Assembly (NCBI GenBank): GCA_964016885.1
Contig: OZ024753.1
Coordinates: 30,318,001-30,382,000, forward strand
Source of the DNA: Eledone cirrhosa
Lineage: Eukaryota
Length of the DNA: 64,000 bases
Direction of reading: 5' to 3'
Position numbers and translations under genes: made by a program
The notes under the pieces: model-generated
What the model was told of the DNA's origin: nothing
The model's database searches: none
What the model saw: the letters and a program-made list of their open reading frames with translations, nothing else
Part shown: positions 52,119 through 64,000 of the stretch, in pieces
How the letters are laid out: the number at the start of each line of letters is the position of its first letter
Numbering within the stretch: the stretch's first letter is position 1

Positions 52119-53768
52119 TATTTTATATATACTATTATATTTTCATGGTAAATGCTTTATCTCACATAATTATCTCATACAATATCGAATCTGAGATTTT
52201 GAAAGTATTTATTTTGAGAACAATACCTTAACATCAGTTTGAGCGACCAGTTACAGCCAGTTTCAACAGAAAGAGCTAGAGAATTCTGGCCGGTTTTGGT
52301 CGGTTTGAACACTAAAGGGTTAAACAGAATGTTAAATAATATCAACCTTATTCTTGAATCTTGCCAACATGGTTATATTTTCTTTGTAGAAGCTTCTCAA
52401 AAGGTTTAAAGGACCAATATTTTTAGCAATGTATGGTGATGATGATAGTGAAACTGGTCCAGATATGAAAGATTTATTCTAGTTTTATAGTTATCTAATC
52501 TGGTGCTACATATTTCTTGTTCAAATACCATCAAGGTTAACATTAACTTCAATTTCTCTGAGATCAATAAAGTAAATATTTATAGAGCTAAAGTTATTGT
52601 TTTGTCTAAGTCTTACAAAAAAAAAAAAAAAAAAAAAATTGTCTAACCTTTTTGCATTTACATTACTCTATATATACTATTATAATTTTATACTATTATA
52701 ATATCGAATCTCAGAGATTTTGATATTATTTATTTTGAGAACAGTACCTTAACATTAATATGAGTGGCCAGTTACAGCTGGTTTGAACAGATAGAGGTGA
52801 TGGAATTCTGGCAGGATATGGCCGGTTTAAATGATGAAGGGTTAAGAAAGAAATTATTTACACCAACTGAAATGTGGTGTTGCTTTTAACCGTTTAGCAT
52901 TTAAACTGGCTGTATCTGGCCAGAATTCTCTCACCTCCTTCTCTTCAAACCAGATGTAATTGGCTGCTCATGCTGATGTTAAGGTATTGTTTTCAAAATA
53001 AATATCAAAATCTCATAGATTCAATATTTTGTGAGATAATTATGTGAGGTAAAGTGTTTACCGTGAAAATATAATAGTATCATCATCATCGTCTAACGTC
53101 TATCTTTCATGCTAGCATGGGTTAGTATATATATATAGAGTAATGTAAATGGTAAAGGGTTAAGGAATTTGTCAGATTTACAAACAGGAAATGAATTTTT
53201 AACAGAAAGTAAATATTTCTTTTAAACTTATTTGGGAAAGATACAGTTCTTATTGTTTTTTTTTGGTTCAACAGAATCTAACTAATTTTGTTGCTCCCAT
53301 AGTAGTTTTTCTGCTCAACTATTTACAATGTGCCAACTTCGTATGTTGATAGAGTGCAACAGGTCAGTAGGACAGACTATACTACTACCTTAGTCTTGAC
53401 ATTCAGACAGAAAAGGTAATAAGTATAATTGGTAGACTGTTAAATTCAACTACCGATGGTTGATATATGCTTACCGTGAATTTCTTTTGTATTTTTGGTT
53501 TTTCTTTCGCAAATTGTTTTTCTTCAAAAACTTATTCAGGCAAGAAAATAATTTTCCTTCAAGACTGTAGCTGCTCATGCACACACACACACACTCACAC
53601 GCATGCGCACACACTCACACACATGCGCGCACACACGTGAACACGGACACGGACACGCACACGCACACACACACTACTCTGAATAATGTAAACACTGTTA
53701 TTATTGTTGTTTATTCTTGGGTTGACCCTGATAAAATATATCTGATCAAAGGCATTCCAGCAGTCACA

Positions 53769-53809
<41 letters not shown>

Positions 53810-55181
53810 AGACTATATCAAATACTGCATTATCTATAAGTATTATTTGAGAGAGATTTGGTTACTATTTCTAGCATCCAGTTCGGACCATTCCATCTTT
53901 TTATCATTATGTACTTCAAACTACATTATTCTATATGTCCTTTTATAAGATGTCATGGTGTGATTTGAGGGAAATTTGACTGCTGATTCTAGCAGGTCAA
54001 GTGATCATTGAGAGGCACATTCATTGGCTGAAATGTACATGAGTATGTATGTTGGCTGTCATGTCCAAAGAAAGACAGTTTTTTTGTTGCGTGATCTCTC
54101 GTATAAAGGTCCTTCCATGGTTCTAACTTGATGTTCTTAAGGAAGGACAGGTTAAAAATAAAAATGGTTAAGAATTGGAGATAATTTAGAGAGAATTGCA
54201 GAGTAAAATCTAAAATACCATTTTTAAAATTATATATTGGTCTTAACTCTTAGCATTCTGCAATGGTTTAGCACAAAATGTCTAAAGGTGAGTTTGTTAA
54301 TTCAAAAGTTTATTGTACCTTTGCTTATGGACTTCTTGTGAACATTTTCTGTGAACTTAAGTAAAGACTTCTAATTTTTAATGTGATGTAGTCACAGTAC
54401 TGTTTTGTACTTTTCAAAAATCTCTAGCTAACGTGGTGTTATGTGGTACAAGACATTAAGGGTTAAAGTACACTTAGTAAAAACTAAAGTCTTAGTAAGT
54501 TGGAAAGAAGACAAAACTTTGACACTATCAGAAAAATGGCCACCATGCTGAATATTCAGGAAAGGAATAAATTTGAATACCATAGAGTATACCCTGTGTA
54601 AATTATGGATACACGAAAAAATATAGTGAGATGACAATGAAGCTAATGGAGAAGGTAAACTTTGTATGCAGCAGATGTATAAGAACACTCATAAAATAGA
54701 TTCTCTCAAATGCTTGGGAAATTCCCTAAATGTAGTTGATGGGTTTTGCATTGGATCTGCCAGACACTCTCCATTCTCTGACACTTACCCCATTCTCTCT
54801 TTTTCAATACCATTGGCAGGCCCATTGCCAAGAGGGAGCATTGGATGGCTCTTCTTCCCCTACCAACCACCACTCTTCAGATTTAAGAATATTTTGTGAT
54901 ATGCTTATTCCAAAACTCTGCTTTAGAATTATGGCGAATTACAGTGGCCAACTAGAACATTTTCAGCTGAGTATACTGGTGCAATGTGAAATGAAGTGTT
55001 TTGTTCAAGAACACAGCACATAATCCAGTCCAGGAATCGAACCCATGTCATCATCACCCTAAATACAACATCCCTATCACTAGGCCACATGCCTCCACAT
55101 GCTAATAGAGAAAGAAAAAAATTGTTAGAAGAGATGTATTTTAGCTAGGAACCAGAATTAGAAATATTTTTATCATACATA

Positions 55182-55511
55182 TGGAGGCACATGGCTTTGT
55201 GGTTAGAGCGTTGGCCTTGCAATCGAAAGGTTGCGAGTTCAATTCTCACACCGGGTGATGTGTTGTTTCCTTGAGCAAGACACTTTATTTCACATTGCTC
55301 CAGTTTACTCAGCTGTAGAAATATGATAGAGGCTGGGGTCCATATCATTCCACTGCAAAGTGGTCGTGGAGGTCCCACGGTAAAAAAGCACCCAGCACTC
55401 ACTGTAAATGAGGTTGGTGTTAGGAAGGGCATCCAGCTGTAGAAATCAAGCCAGAATCAGTTCCCGTCCCACCCTTGCAAGCAGGGAAAAGCAGATGTAA
55501 AATGATGATGA
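55182..55511 (+). mobile_element. tRNA-derived SINE family B (~330 bp) with RTE-derived tail
   Basis: TGGCTT(A/T)GTGGTTAGAGC and GAGTTCAATTCTC boxes, CCTTGAGCAAGACACTTT core, tail CCCGTCCCACCCTTGCAAG...GTAAAATGATG. Other copies 46013-46440 and 56691-57005. Confidence 0.85.
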
Positions 55512-55600
55512 TATTACTGAATAAAAATTATTTTTGTTTGTTATAATAACTGGTATCAGCAGGTGGTTGTATCATTTATTATTAATGGGTTATAATGGGC

Positions 55601-56358
55601 AGTGGATTGGCAGTATCGGTGGAGAGTCGGACACCATGCTTTGAAGCATCGAGTTACGTCCCTTTACGATCTGAGTTCAAATCCCGCCGAGGTTAACTTT
55701 GCCTTTCATCCTTACGGGGTCGATAAAATAAAGTACCAGTAATGTACTGGGTAATTGCTGGCCTTGTGCCTAAAATAGAAACAATTATTAATGGGTTACA
55801 ATGGACATTGAACTGTCAGGATAAAATTATCTTTGAAAGAGAAAAGCTTTGGCTCATGATCTCTGAGGTGATTAAAGTATTGGCTGCAGTTGACAGAATT
55901 GAAGTGATAAAGCAGATAATTTGTGGAAATTTAGACAAAAACTATTGGACAGTGCGTCTGGAATTTTTAGATGGTAGGATTAAGAAATTTTATTTAAGTG
56001 TCAACCCCATCATCAGAGAGAGATTCCCTTTGTTGCCAGTGTTAGCTACTGGAGCCCTTTCTACCCTATGTTAACTACCAGAGCCCTTTCCACTCTGTGT
56101 TAACCACTAGAGCCCTTTCCACCCTGGAAAGTTCTAGTGCTTTTATCAAAGCTCAGTTCATGTGACAAAATAAAATAATTGTTTCTACTTTTGGCACAAG
56201 GCCAGCAATTATCACAGTGTATTATTGGTACTTTATTTTATCGACCCCGTAAGGATGAAAGGCAAAATTAACCTCGGTGGGATTTGAACTCAGACCGTAA
56301 AGGGCCCTAACTCTTTGCTGCAAAGCATGGCGTCCGACTCTCTACCGATACTGCCAAA
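55601..56358. mobile_element. Inverted pair of family A SINEs (55601-55787 +, 56177-56358 -)
   Basis: Both match the family A consensus, in opposite orientation. Confidence 0.8.
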
Positions 56359-58531
56359 TTACATTTTCCTATCTCTGGGTCACAACACTTTGGCGTATCA
56401 CCGATAATCTCAAGATATGTTGTGAAATTAAGTGAAATTTGATACATTTTTACATTTATCTAGCTGTGAAATATATCTGACTTCTGAAAACTTTGCATAG
56501 AATTAGGTAGAGGACTTGATATGTTATTTGCTTATTTATTAATTTTGTGTCACGAACAAACCCAAATTTGTCACAAACATGGCTTGATGTGTCACGAACA
56601 AAGTTTTTTTAATTTTTAAAGTGTGTCATCAAGGCTATTGCATCTTCCCATTGAAACCAATTAGAACTCTTAATTTATTTCCACATTTCATGGAGGCACA
56701 TGGCTTAGTGGTTAAAGGTTGTGAGTTCAATTCTCAGACTGGGTGATGTGTTGTTTCCTTGAGCAAGACACTTTATTTCACATTGCTCCAGTTTACTCAG
56801 CTGTAGAAATGAGATGATAGGACTGGGGTGCCTATCATTCCACTGCAAAGTGGTCGTGAAAGTGCCACAGAAAAAAAGCACCCAGCACTCACTGTAAATG
56901 AGGTTGGTGTTAGGAAGGGCATCCAGCTGTAGAAATCAAGCCAGAATCAGTTCCCGTCCCACCCTTGCAAGCAGGGAAAAGCGGACGTAAAATGAAATGA
57001 TGATGAAAATGATTTGATATCAAACCATCTGAAACCATACCTGGTTCTGTGACATAGAACTATTTGTTTTAAAGTGTTTATATTTATCTAAGAATCTTGC
57101 ATCATAATTTTAAATAAGAACCTGTCATGCTAGCAATAAAAACCTCCCAAACTAATGTTTTTTCCAGGAAAGTTTTCATAATTTTCCCATTTCCTTATCT
57201 TCTCTCTTTCACTGTGTGTGTGCATGTGTCTGTGTATGTATGTTTGTGTGTCACACTTCTTAATAGATATGATAGTTATGTTCAAGGACATATATTTCAT
57301 TATACGAAGTACACTTTAGGTGAAAGCACTAAATTAACCCCAGTTTATCAGTAGAGAACTAATTAGTTGTGGTCCTTTATTATGGAGCTGCGTGATTGGT
57401 TTGCATATTGATATTGTTCAGGTGAACATCTTTTCTATCCCCTCTACATTTTAATCAGTTAAAAAACTACCCCCTCACTATTACTGTATTCTATCAGAAA
57501 CACCCTAAATACATTAAATTCCATTTTCATATATATATATATGTGTGTGTGTGTGCATTTGTATGTATGTGGGTTTGTGAGTATATGTAACTGTGTTTGT
57601 GTATATATGTGTGTGTATTTATAGGTTTAACTATCTGGTGTTGATATTGGTGGGTGACAGTGGACATTGTACTGTCTCAAAAGGAATATCTTTGATAATG
57701 AAACGCCATCATGTCTAAACTCAGCATAAAAAAAAAGCAACAACAAAACAAAAAAATGAGATGATTACAGGTGCGGAATCATTATCATCATCGTTATCAT
57801 CATTTCATGGGTGTTAATAATCATCATCATCATCAAACATCCATTATATAATGATTACCACACCCAATATGATCACCTCATCTAAAATTTTTTTATTGTA
57901 CTGAGTTTAGACATCATGGAAACTATTTTGACAGTCCCCCCATTGAGCAAGATTATCTGTTGCCCCACCCTTTCAAGCAGCCTTATCTGTTTGTTATAAC
58001 TCTTAACTGAAGATGTTGATTCACAATTTAAAAAGAAATATCATGTTGTCCTAAATATTACTTGAAGAGATTATATTGTTATTTTTAGTATATTGTCTTA
58101 TTATTTAATCAACAGGAAGGGAAATACCCATGACTCCTTTTTTTAAGGAGCTTTGAAGATTAGTGATAGGGACAGAGAAAGGTGTCCTCAGACTAAAGAC
58201 CTGGCTCAAATGCTAACTACGGTGTGGACTCTGCTAAAACAGCCAAGTCGTGATGGCAAACTGAGCTACAGATTAAGTCTACCATTCAAGCAGACCCCAG
58301 TGGCATTTGAACTTAATGCAAAGAGCCAGAACAAATACTGCAAGACATCCTATCCAATGCTCTAAGAACTCTGACTGTTCACCATCTTAAACTGGCATCT
58401 TATTTATTGTACCTGATCAGATGAAAGTTAAAGTAGACTTTAGTTGGATTTGAACTCAGAAGTCGAAGAACCAGAACAATTTCATCCATTGCGCTAATGT
58501 TTCTGACAATTCACTTTTGTTTGTGTTGCAG

Positions 58532-58657
58532 GTGGTCACAAGAATAGGGTGACAATCAGCCTGGAGTTTTATTCGGTTCATTGAGTTAGTTTATTTGATA
58601 GCATGTATCAAGTTTCTTACTACAATTTAGTAACTGTTTACCTGTGTACATACTATG
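58532..58657 (+). CDS. Candidate alternative TRAK/Milton exon (ATG 58603, MYQVSYYNLVTVYLCTYY)
   Basis: TTGTGTTGCAG acceptor and consensus G|GTAAGT donor in phase 1, in frame with the 58891 exon across a 233-bp intron. Confidence 0.45.
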
Positions 58658-58890
58658 GTAAGTATGTACTGAAGATATAACTACAAACTTGCTGGTTTGA
58701 AGAGTATAAATGATAAAATTGTTGAATATATTATAGAGGGTTCTTAGTCAAAATTTCTCTGTAATCTAATCTCCATGCCTTTGTTTTGTTATTATTTCTG
58801 TCGCAGTGTCATAAAATACAAAACATATTTCCACATCCTAATGCTATTTCACTATAATATTGTTCATCTCATTTTTTTCTATGTTTTCAG

Positions 58891-58967
58891 TCTTATGCGC
58901 GCAGCGTGTAACCCAGATGACTAGAACATACAATGATATTGAGGCTGTGACTCGTCTGCTCGAAGAG
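58891..58967 (+). CDS. TRAK1: TRAK/Milton exon ([I]LCAQRVTQMTRTYNDIEAVTRLLEE)
   Basis: TTTTCAG acceptor and GAG|GTAAGC donor. Continues the previous exon in phase. Matches the conserved TRAK/Milton/HAP1 motif LCxxRVxQMTxTYNDIxAVTRLLEE. Confidence 0.95.
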
Positions 58968-60416
58968 GTAAGCAATGTCATTCCTTTTTATTATCTGTTG
59001 TTACATGTGATTATTTTTTAAAGTAAGTATATTTCAAACTAGAGACTCAAGACTTGATTGAGGGTTGCAGATAGCTCTGAGTCGTTATAGTAATGCTCAG
59101 AAGCAAGGATCTCAATCTAAAGGACTCAAATGTGATATGTGGATTAGTACAAAATGTAAAGAGACAAATTTTCTGTTTTACTACAGATGTTTTACTACAG
59201 ACAATAGAAATGTAATTTACGGGCTGCATGTTTGAGACCCCTGCTCTAAAGCCAGGATGTCAAATCTATGACATGCCTAGATAATAGGTAGTTTGTCAGA
59301 ATATTTCACATTGCAGATTTAAGTTTCTGTTAGTAATTTATAAAAACAAATCAACCTTTATCGGCTGTCACCCCAGAAGATACATGCTAGTAAAACAAAT
59401 GATCATATGGTCAAGATGTCAGTGTATGTATTATTTTGATCTCTGACTTCATTTTTGTATTTGTTTTGCAAGATTGTTGATGTGAAATCATGTGTTGAAA
59501 CGGCTAATAACACATTGGGGTTGATTTAATCAACTTTCTCCTCCCTGAAAATTGTTGACTTTGAGTCTAAATCAGAAACCATTGTACTTCGAGAGGGTCG
59601 TGACAATTAATAATTAAACAACTATTCAATTACTAAACTAACCAATGAATGGATGAATTATTCAACTAATAAAAAATGTGTGTGGGTGGGTGTTTTATTG
59701 GCAGCATGACCCTACCAAAGTATAACAATATTTGATCTCTGATTTTCCTGTTATAGACTGTGATGAACATCATAAACTCTAAACAGACATTTAAAGAATG
59801 CTTTTCAACATTTTTGTTCTCATTTGCCATAAAATAATTTGTAAAATACAAATATAATAAAATATGAAGGATTTCTTTTGAAAGATGACCAACAATGAGA
59901 GCACATGTTCTCAAAAAGAGTCACCACCTCCAGTCTAAAAGGTTGACAGTTCTTATCCCATTATTAGCTCTGAACTGTGTCCTTTTCAAAGCTAGTTAAT
60001 TCTTGTTTGACCATATCAGTAAAACTTTACTACACTTGCTAGCTCTCAGTCTGATAAATAGCAAGCATTCATTCATATCTTTCATTTATTATGAAATCTT
60101 TATTAATTCTTTGATAACCTTCTTCTTCTTTGCCTACTTATTCCCGAGAGGGTCGTGGGGAGCAAAGTCCTCAAACACTCCTTCCAGCAGGTCCTGTTAG
60201 GAGCAGCCATCTCCAATTGATCCGACTGGATCCCCAAGTGAGACCAGTCAAGCTCATGGATGTTATCCAGTCATCTTGGTCTCCTGTCGGTTGGTTTTGT
60301 CCGTAAAATCTGTCCAGTGATTCTTTCCTGAGACATTCTAACCACATGCCCATAGTATCAGAGCTGTGATTACCTTCAAATGTGTAATTCTTTGTTGGCA
60401 TTAATATATCAATTGA

Positions 60417-60872
60417 ATTGGCAGTATCGGTAGAGGGTCGGGCGCATGCTTTGCAGCACAGTTACGTCCCTTTACGGACTGAGTTCAAATCCCGCCGAGG
60501 TTAACTTTGCCTTTCATCCTTACGGGGTCGATAAAATAAAGTACCAGTAATACACTGGGTTAATTGCTGGCCTTGTGCCAAAAGTAGAAACAATTAATAT
60601 ATCAAGTATACTAAATTAGTTTACAGAATGAAGCACAGCCGTAAAAATACCAGCAGTTGCTGGGCAACACTTTAATTACTCAATAATTGTTTCTACTTTA
60701 GGCACAAGGCCAGCAAATACCCAGTGCATTACTGGTACTTTATTTTATCGACCCCGTAAGGATGAAAGGCAAAGTCAACCTCGGCGGGATTTGAACTCAA
60801 ATCGTAAAGAGACGTAACTATGTTGGAAAGCATGGCGTCCGAACCTCTACCGATACTGCCAATCCACCGCCC
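60417..60872. mobile_element. Inverted pair of family A SINEs (60417-60596 +, 60684-60872 -)
   Basis: Both match the family A consensus, tail-to-tail, with a ~90-bp spacer. Confidence 0.85.
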
Positions 60873-62831
60873 TTTAATTACTCAATAATGATCAGTGAAT
60901 TGTCATCTCAAAATTCTATTGATATATAAATGTTTATCGTGACACCACTCCGGTTGTTATTTCTAGTCACCTTCATATTAAGTACTTACATAAATTCTAC
61001 AATGGACATAAAATAACTTTTTGAACTCTGCTCTTTTCCTTAGTTACTTTACTCTTAGTCTGAATACACTAACTATTAATGTAGTAACTTCTACTTCAAA
61101 TATAAACTTTATTCAGTTAGGAGGTGGAAGTTGATAGAATAGCAATATTGAATATTAAAGTCATAAACCTTTTTTAGTAGTTAGAGGCCATTCTCTTACA
61201 CTTTGCAAAGTTAGGCTGCAAAAGGTAAGAAGTGAAAATCATCATCATCATCATCGTTATCATCATAATCATCATCGTTTTATGTTCATTTTCCACGCTT
61301 GCATGAGTTAAATGGGTCGTTACGTTATGAGACAAAACTGGTCAGGAGACCGCCGTTTCTTGCTGATATGAACCTGTATTTTGGCTTGCTTTCTAACAAC
61401 CACTTTACAGAATGTATGTTATATGTCTGGAGTCATCACCAACATTGTCGTCATTCATCATCACCATCATTTTTATGTCCACCTTTCCATGTTTGCTTAG
61501 GTTGGACATGGGGTGGAGTGTCAGTTGGGTTGGGTGGAGGTTCGGTTTTTCATTGACTACATTAATTATGTTAGCTTGCACTTAACTAATTATATTAGCT
61601 TGCACTTAACTAATTATGTTAGCTTGCACTTAACTTAATATATTTTTAGTTTTTTTGATGAAACATCTCCCTTATCTTTTGTTTCCTGAATAGTTTACAT
61701 AAATCAAAACAAAATTATTTTCTAGTTGTTAGATAAGAGATAGAATTTGTATTAGTGAAACACCCTTAATATAGAAAAGTATACCAATAGTTATTTTCTT
61801 TCCTTGAATGACATATATTGTTACTATTTCTCGATTGTTCAAAATATTGTTCCATACATATTTCTTCTTCCTCATCCACTTATTCCTGAGAGGGTTGTGG
61901 GGGCAGAGTCCTCAAACACTCCTTCCTGCGGGTCCTGTCAGAAGCCACCATCTCCAACTGATATGGCTGGATCCCCAAGCGTGACCAGCCAAGCTCATGG
62001 ATGTTATCCAACCATCTTGCTCGAGGTCTACCTCTGGGTCTCTTGCCAGTTGGTGTTGCCCCTAAAATCTATCCCAGTGATTCTTTCCATAAATATTTTA
62101 TAATTAAAATTAAATTTCAACATTTTCAGCTAACATTTCTTTACAAATTACATTGATATAATTCTGTAACTTGCTTGAAACATTTTATTTTATTTTTTTT
62201 TGTATTGCTATACTTATATGAATTGAATTATTATTATTATTTTTTTTTTTTTGTTAAAACAAAATATATCTGAGTAAATACTAAATCCTGCTTTAGCAAG
62301 GAAGATGACCTTAAATGGTTTGTTCTACCTAGTAACTAATTTATTTACGTTGCCTTTATCTTGTGTTATTTTATTGAAGTAAACACAGGTTATATATAAA
62401 CACTTCAAATTACTGCTATTATTAAATTTATCTTAGTGACATATGTTATAAATATTCTAGAAATCTTTTCTAAGAGCTGTTAACTTTCTTGGTGATGGTT
62501 AGTTGGGTTATACTCTTATGATTTGAGCTTCTGTCATGTAACATTTGACTTCAGTTATATTTAGTATTCTAATGCTATTACAAAATAACAGAATGCAGTC
62601 AAGGCTATGTTGACAAGGCGCAGTTGAAATCTCATAAACTAATAGGATCAGAACTGTTTGTACTAGAATAACTAACTCCTTGTATGAATATTCACAGGTT
62701 GAAGACAGAAAGATTGATCGGAGGGTTTGCTAGGTATATAAAGTATTATAAACTGATATTATTATTAGAGCTAGTGATAACATGAAGTTATATTGCTTAG
62801 TGGTTAAAGCATTGGACTTGTGATTGTGAGC

Positions 62832-63425
62832 TTGAATGAAACAGTTCTAGTCCTGTAGAAGGGATTTCTATATTAGATTTGTTATATACACTCTACTAAT
62901 GTATTAATGTATTGAGTACCTTACTTACTGTGGTTACCCCCAATTGGACCTGGAACTTATATATATATATATTTATTAAATAACAGATTAAAGTTTAAAA
63001 AAAGAATCGCTGCTTTCACCCTTAACGGGATCTTCTGAAACTAACAAAGTCAATCTGAGCGCAGAAGTGAATATTTAAAAAAACATTGCAACCGGAAGAA
63101 GACAGGAAGACCAAAGTATCGTCTTCCTGTCTTTCTCCGGTTGCAACGTTTTTTGAAATATTCACTTCTGCGTTTACAGATTGACTTTGTTAGTTTCAGA
63201 AGATCCTGTTAAGGGTGAAAGCAGCGATTCTTTTCTTAAACTTTAATCTGTTATTTTAATAAATATTTGCTCTACGGTTCTTATATATTTGATATATATT
63301 TATCCTTATCGAGCCCTCTTTGGATTTTAGTCTTCAAATTTATTATTATTACTATATATATATATATATATGTCCCGGGTTCAATTGGGGGGTAACCAGA
63401 ATAAGTAAGGTACTTAATACATTAA
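62832..63425. mobile_element. Nested inverted pLTR-like elements in (TA)n
   Basis: Inner hairpin has ~140-bp arms (62973-63109 / 63122-63265). Outer inverted pair 62902-62956 / 63372-63425. Shares sequence with 29341-29460, 35897-36058 and 29251-29298. Confidence 0.65.
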
Positions 63426-64000
63426 TATATATATGGAAAATGGACGTTAAACGAAGATGATGATGATGATATATATATATATATATATATAAAGTATTTA
63501 TCACTGACACTATATATTATATCACTCACCACATCTTTCTACTTGTTATTTTATGCCCGTTCTTTCCTTGTTGGCATGGGTTGGATGGGTCTGTTCCACT
63601 ATAAAATTATCCACTTGTCTCTTGTCTCAATTCTTTGCTCTCTGATACACACAACAGAAATCTGCCAATCTTTGCAGTTCTATGTAATTTGTCTTTTTAT
63701 AGCTAAATGCCCTTCCTATTATGCACTACTTTATGGCATGAATGTAATTTATGGATTTTAACATGTTACTTATTCTAGAAAGAATGTCTGCTTGAACTGA
63801 AGAGTTCCTTCTAGCTTGTATCAGATTTTAGTCTGAGATACTACTCATCTAAATGAGTTACTTTCATTCACTGTGGCTTGTCAAGTTTGTCTCCTCCATT
63901 TCTTCCTTGTTGGGGCTGGGACAGGTATTGAGGTTTTTTTATTCACCATAGGTGTATTTAATTTATTTAAGCTAACACGAATATATATATATATATATAT

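Noticed and set aside
53302-53415. Possible extra TRAK exon (donor-like CAG|GTCAGT and AAG|GTAAT)
   Set aside because: Open frames end in phases incompatible with the phase-1 acceptor at 58891, and there is no recognisable similarity.
55182-55255. tRNA gene
   Set aside because: The tRNA-like head continues into SINE body and tail, with no proper acceptor stem.

Overview
AT-rich, microsatellite-dense animal DNA. The SINE, RTE and CR1 repertoire resembles an octopod cephalopod (inference from recalled repeat motifs, not verified). One host gene is visible on the + strand: the N-terminal HAP1_N region of TRAK/Milton, the kinesin/mitochondrial adaptor. Its exons lie at 19508-19728, 25294-25497 and 58891-58967, and two phase-compatible candidate alternative first coding exons (48614-48779, 58603-58657) sit in a 33-kb intron. 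The rest is repeats: tRNA-derived SINEs (several as close inverted pairs), piggyBac-type TTAA MITEs, RTE and CR1 LINEs, a Helentron-like element and minisatellites. The most striking unannotated signal is a set of short elements inserted in (TA)n tracts. They carry type-I hammerhead-ribozyme folds, share a TTGAGT(A/G)C-like motif, and are often internally inverted. A 5'-truncated Penelope-like element with a GIY-YIG C-terminus also occurs, so these look like a multi-family, TA-targeted Penelope/ribozyme system, with several ribozyme folds on the sense strand of TRAK introns. Repeat boundaries are approximate and were read by eye.
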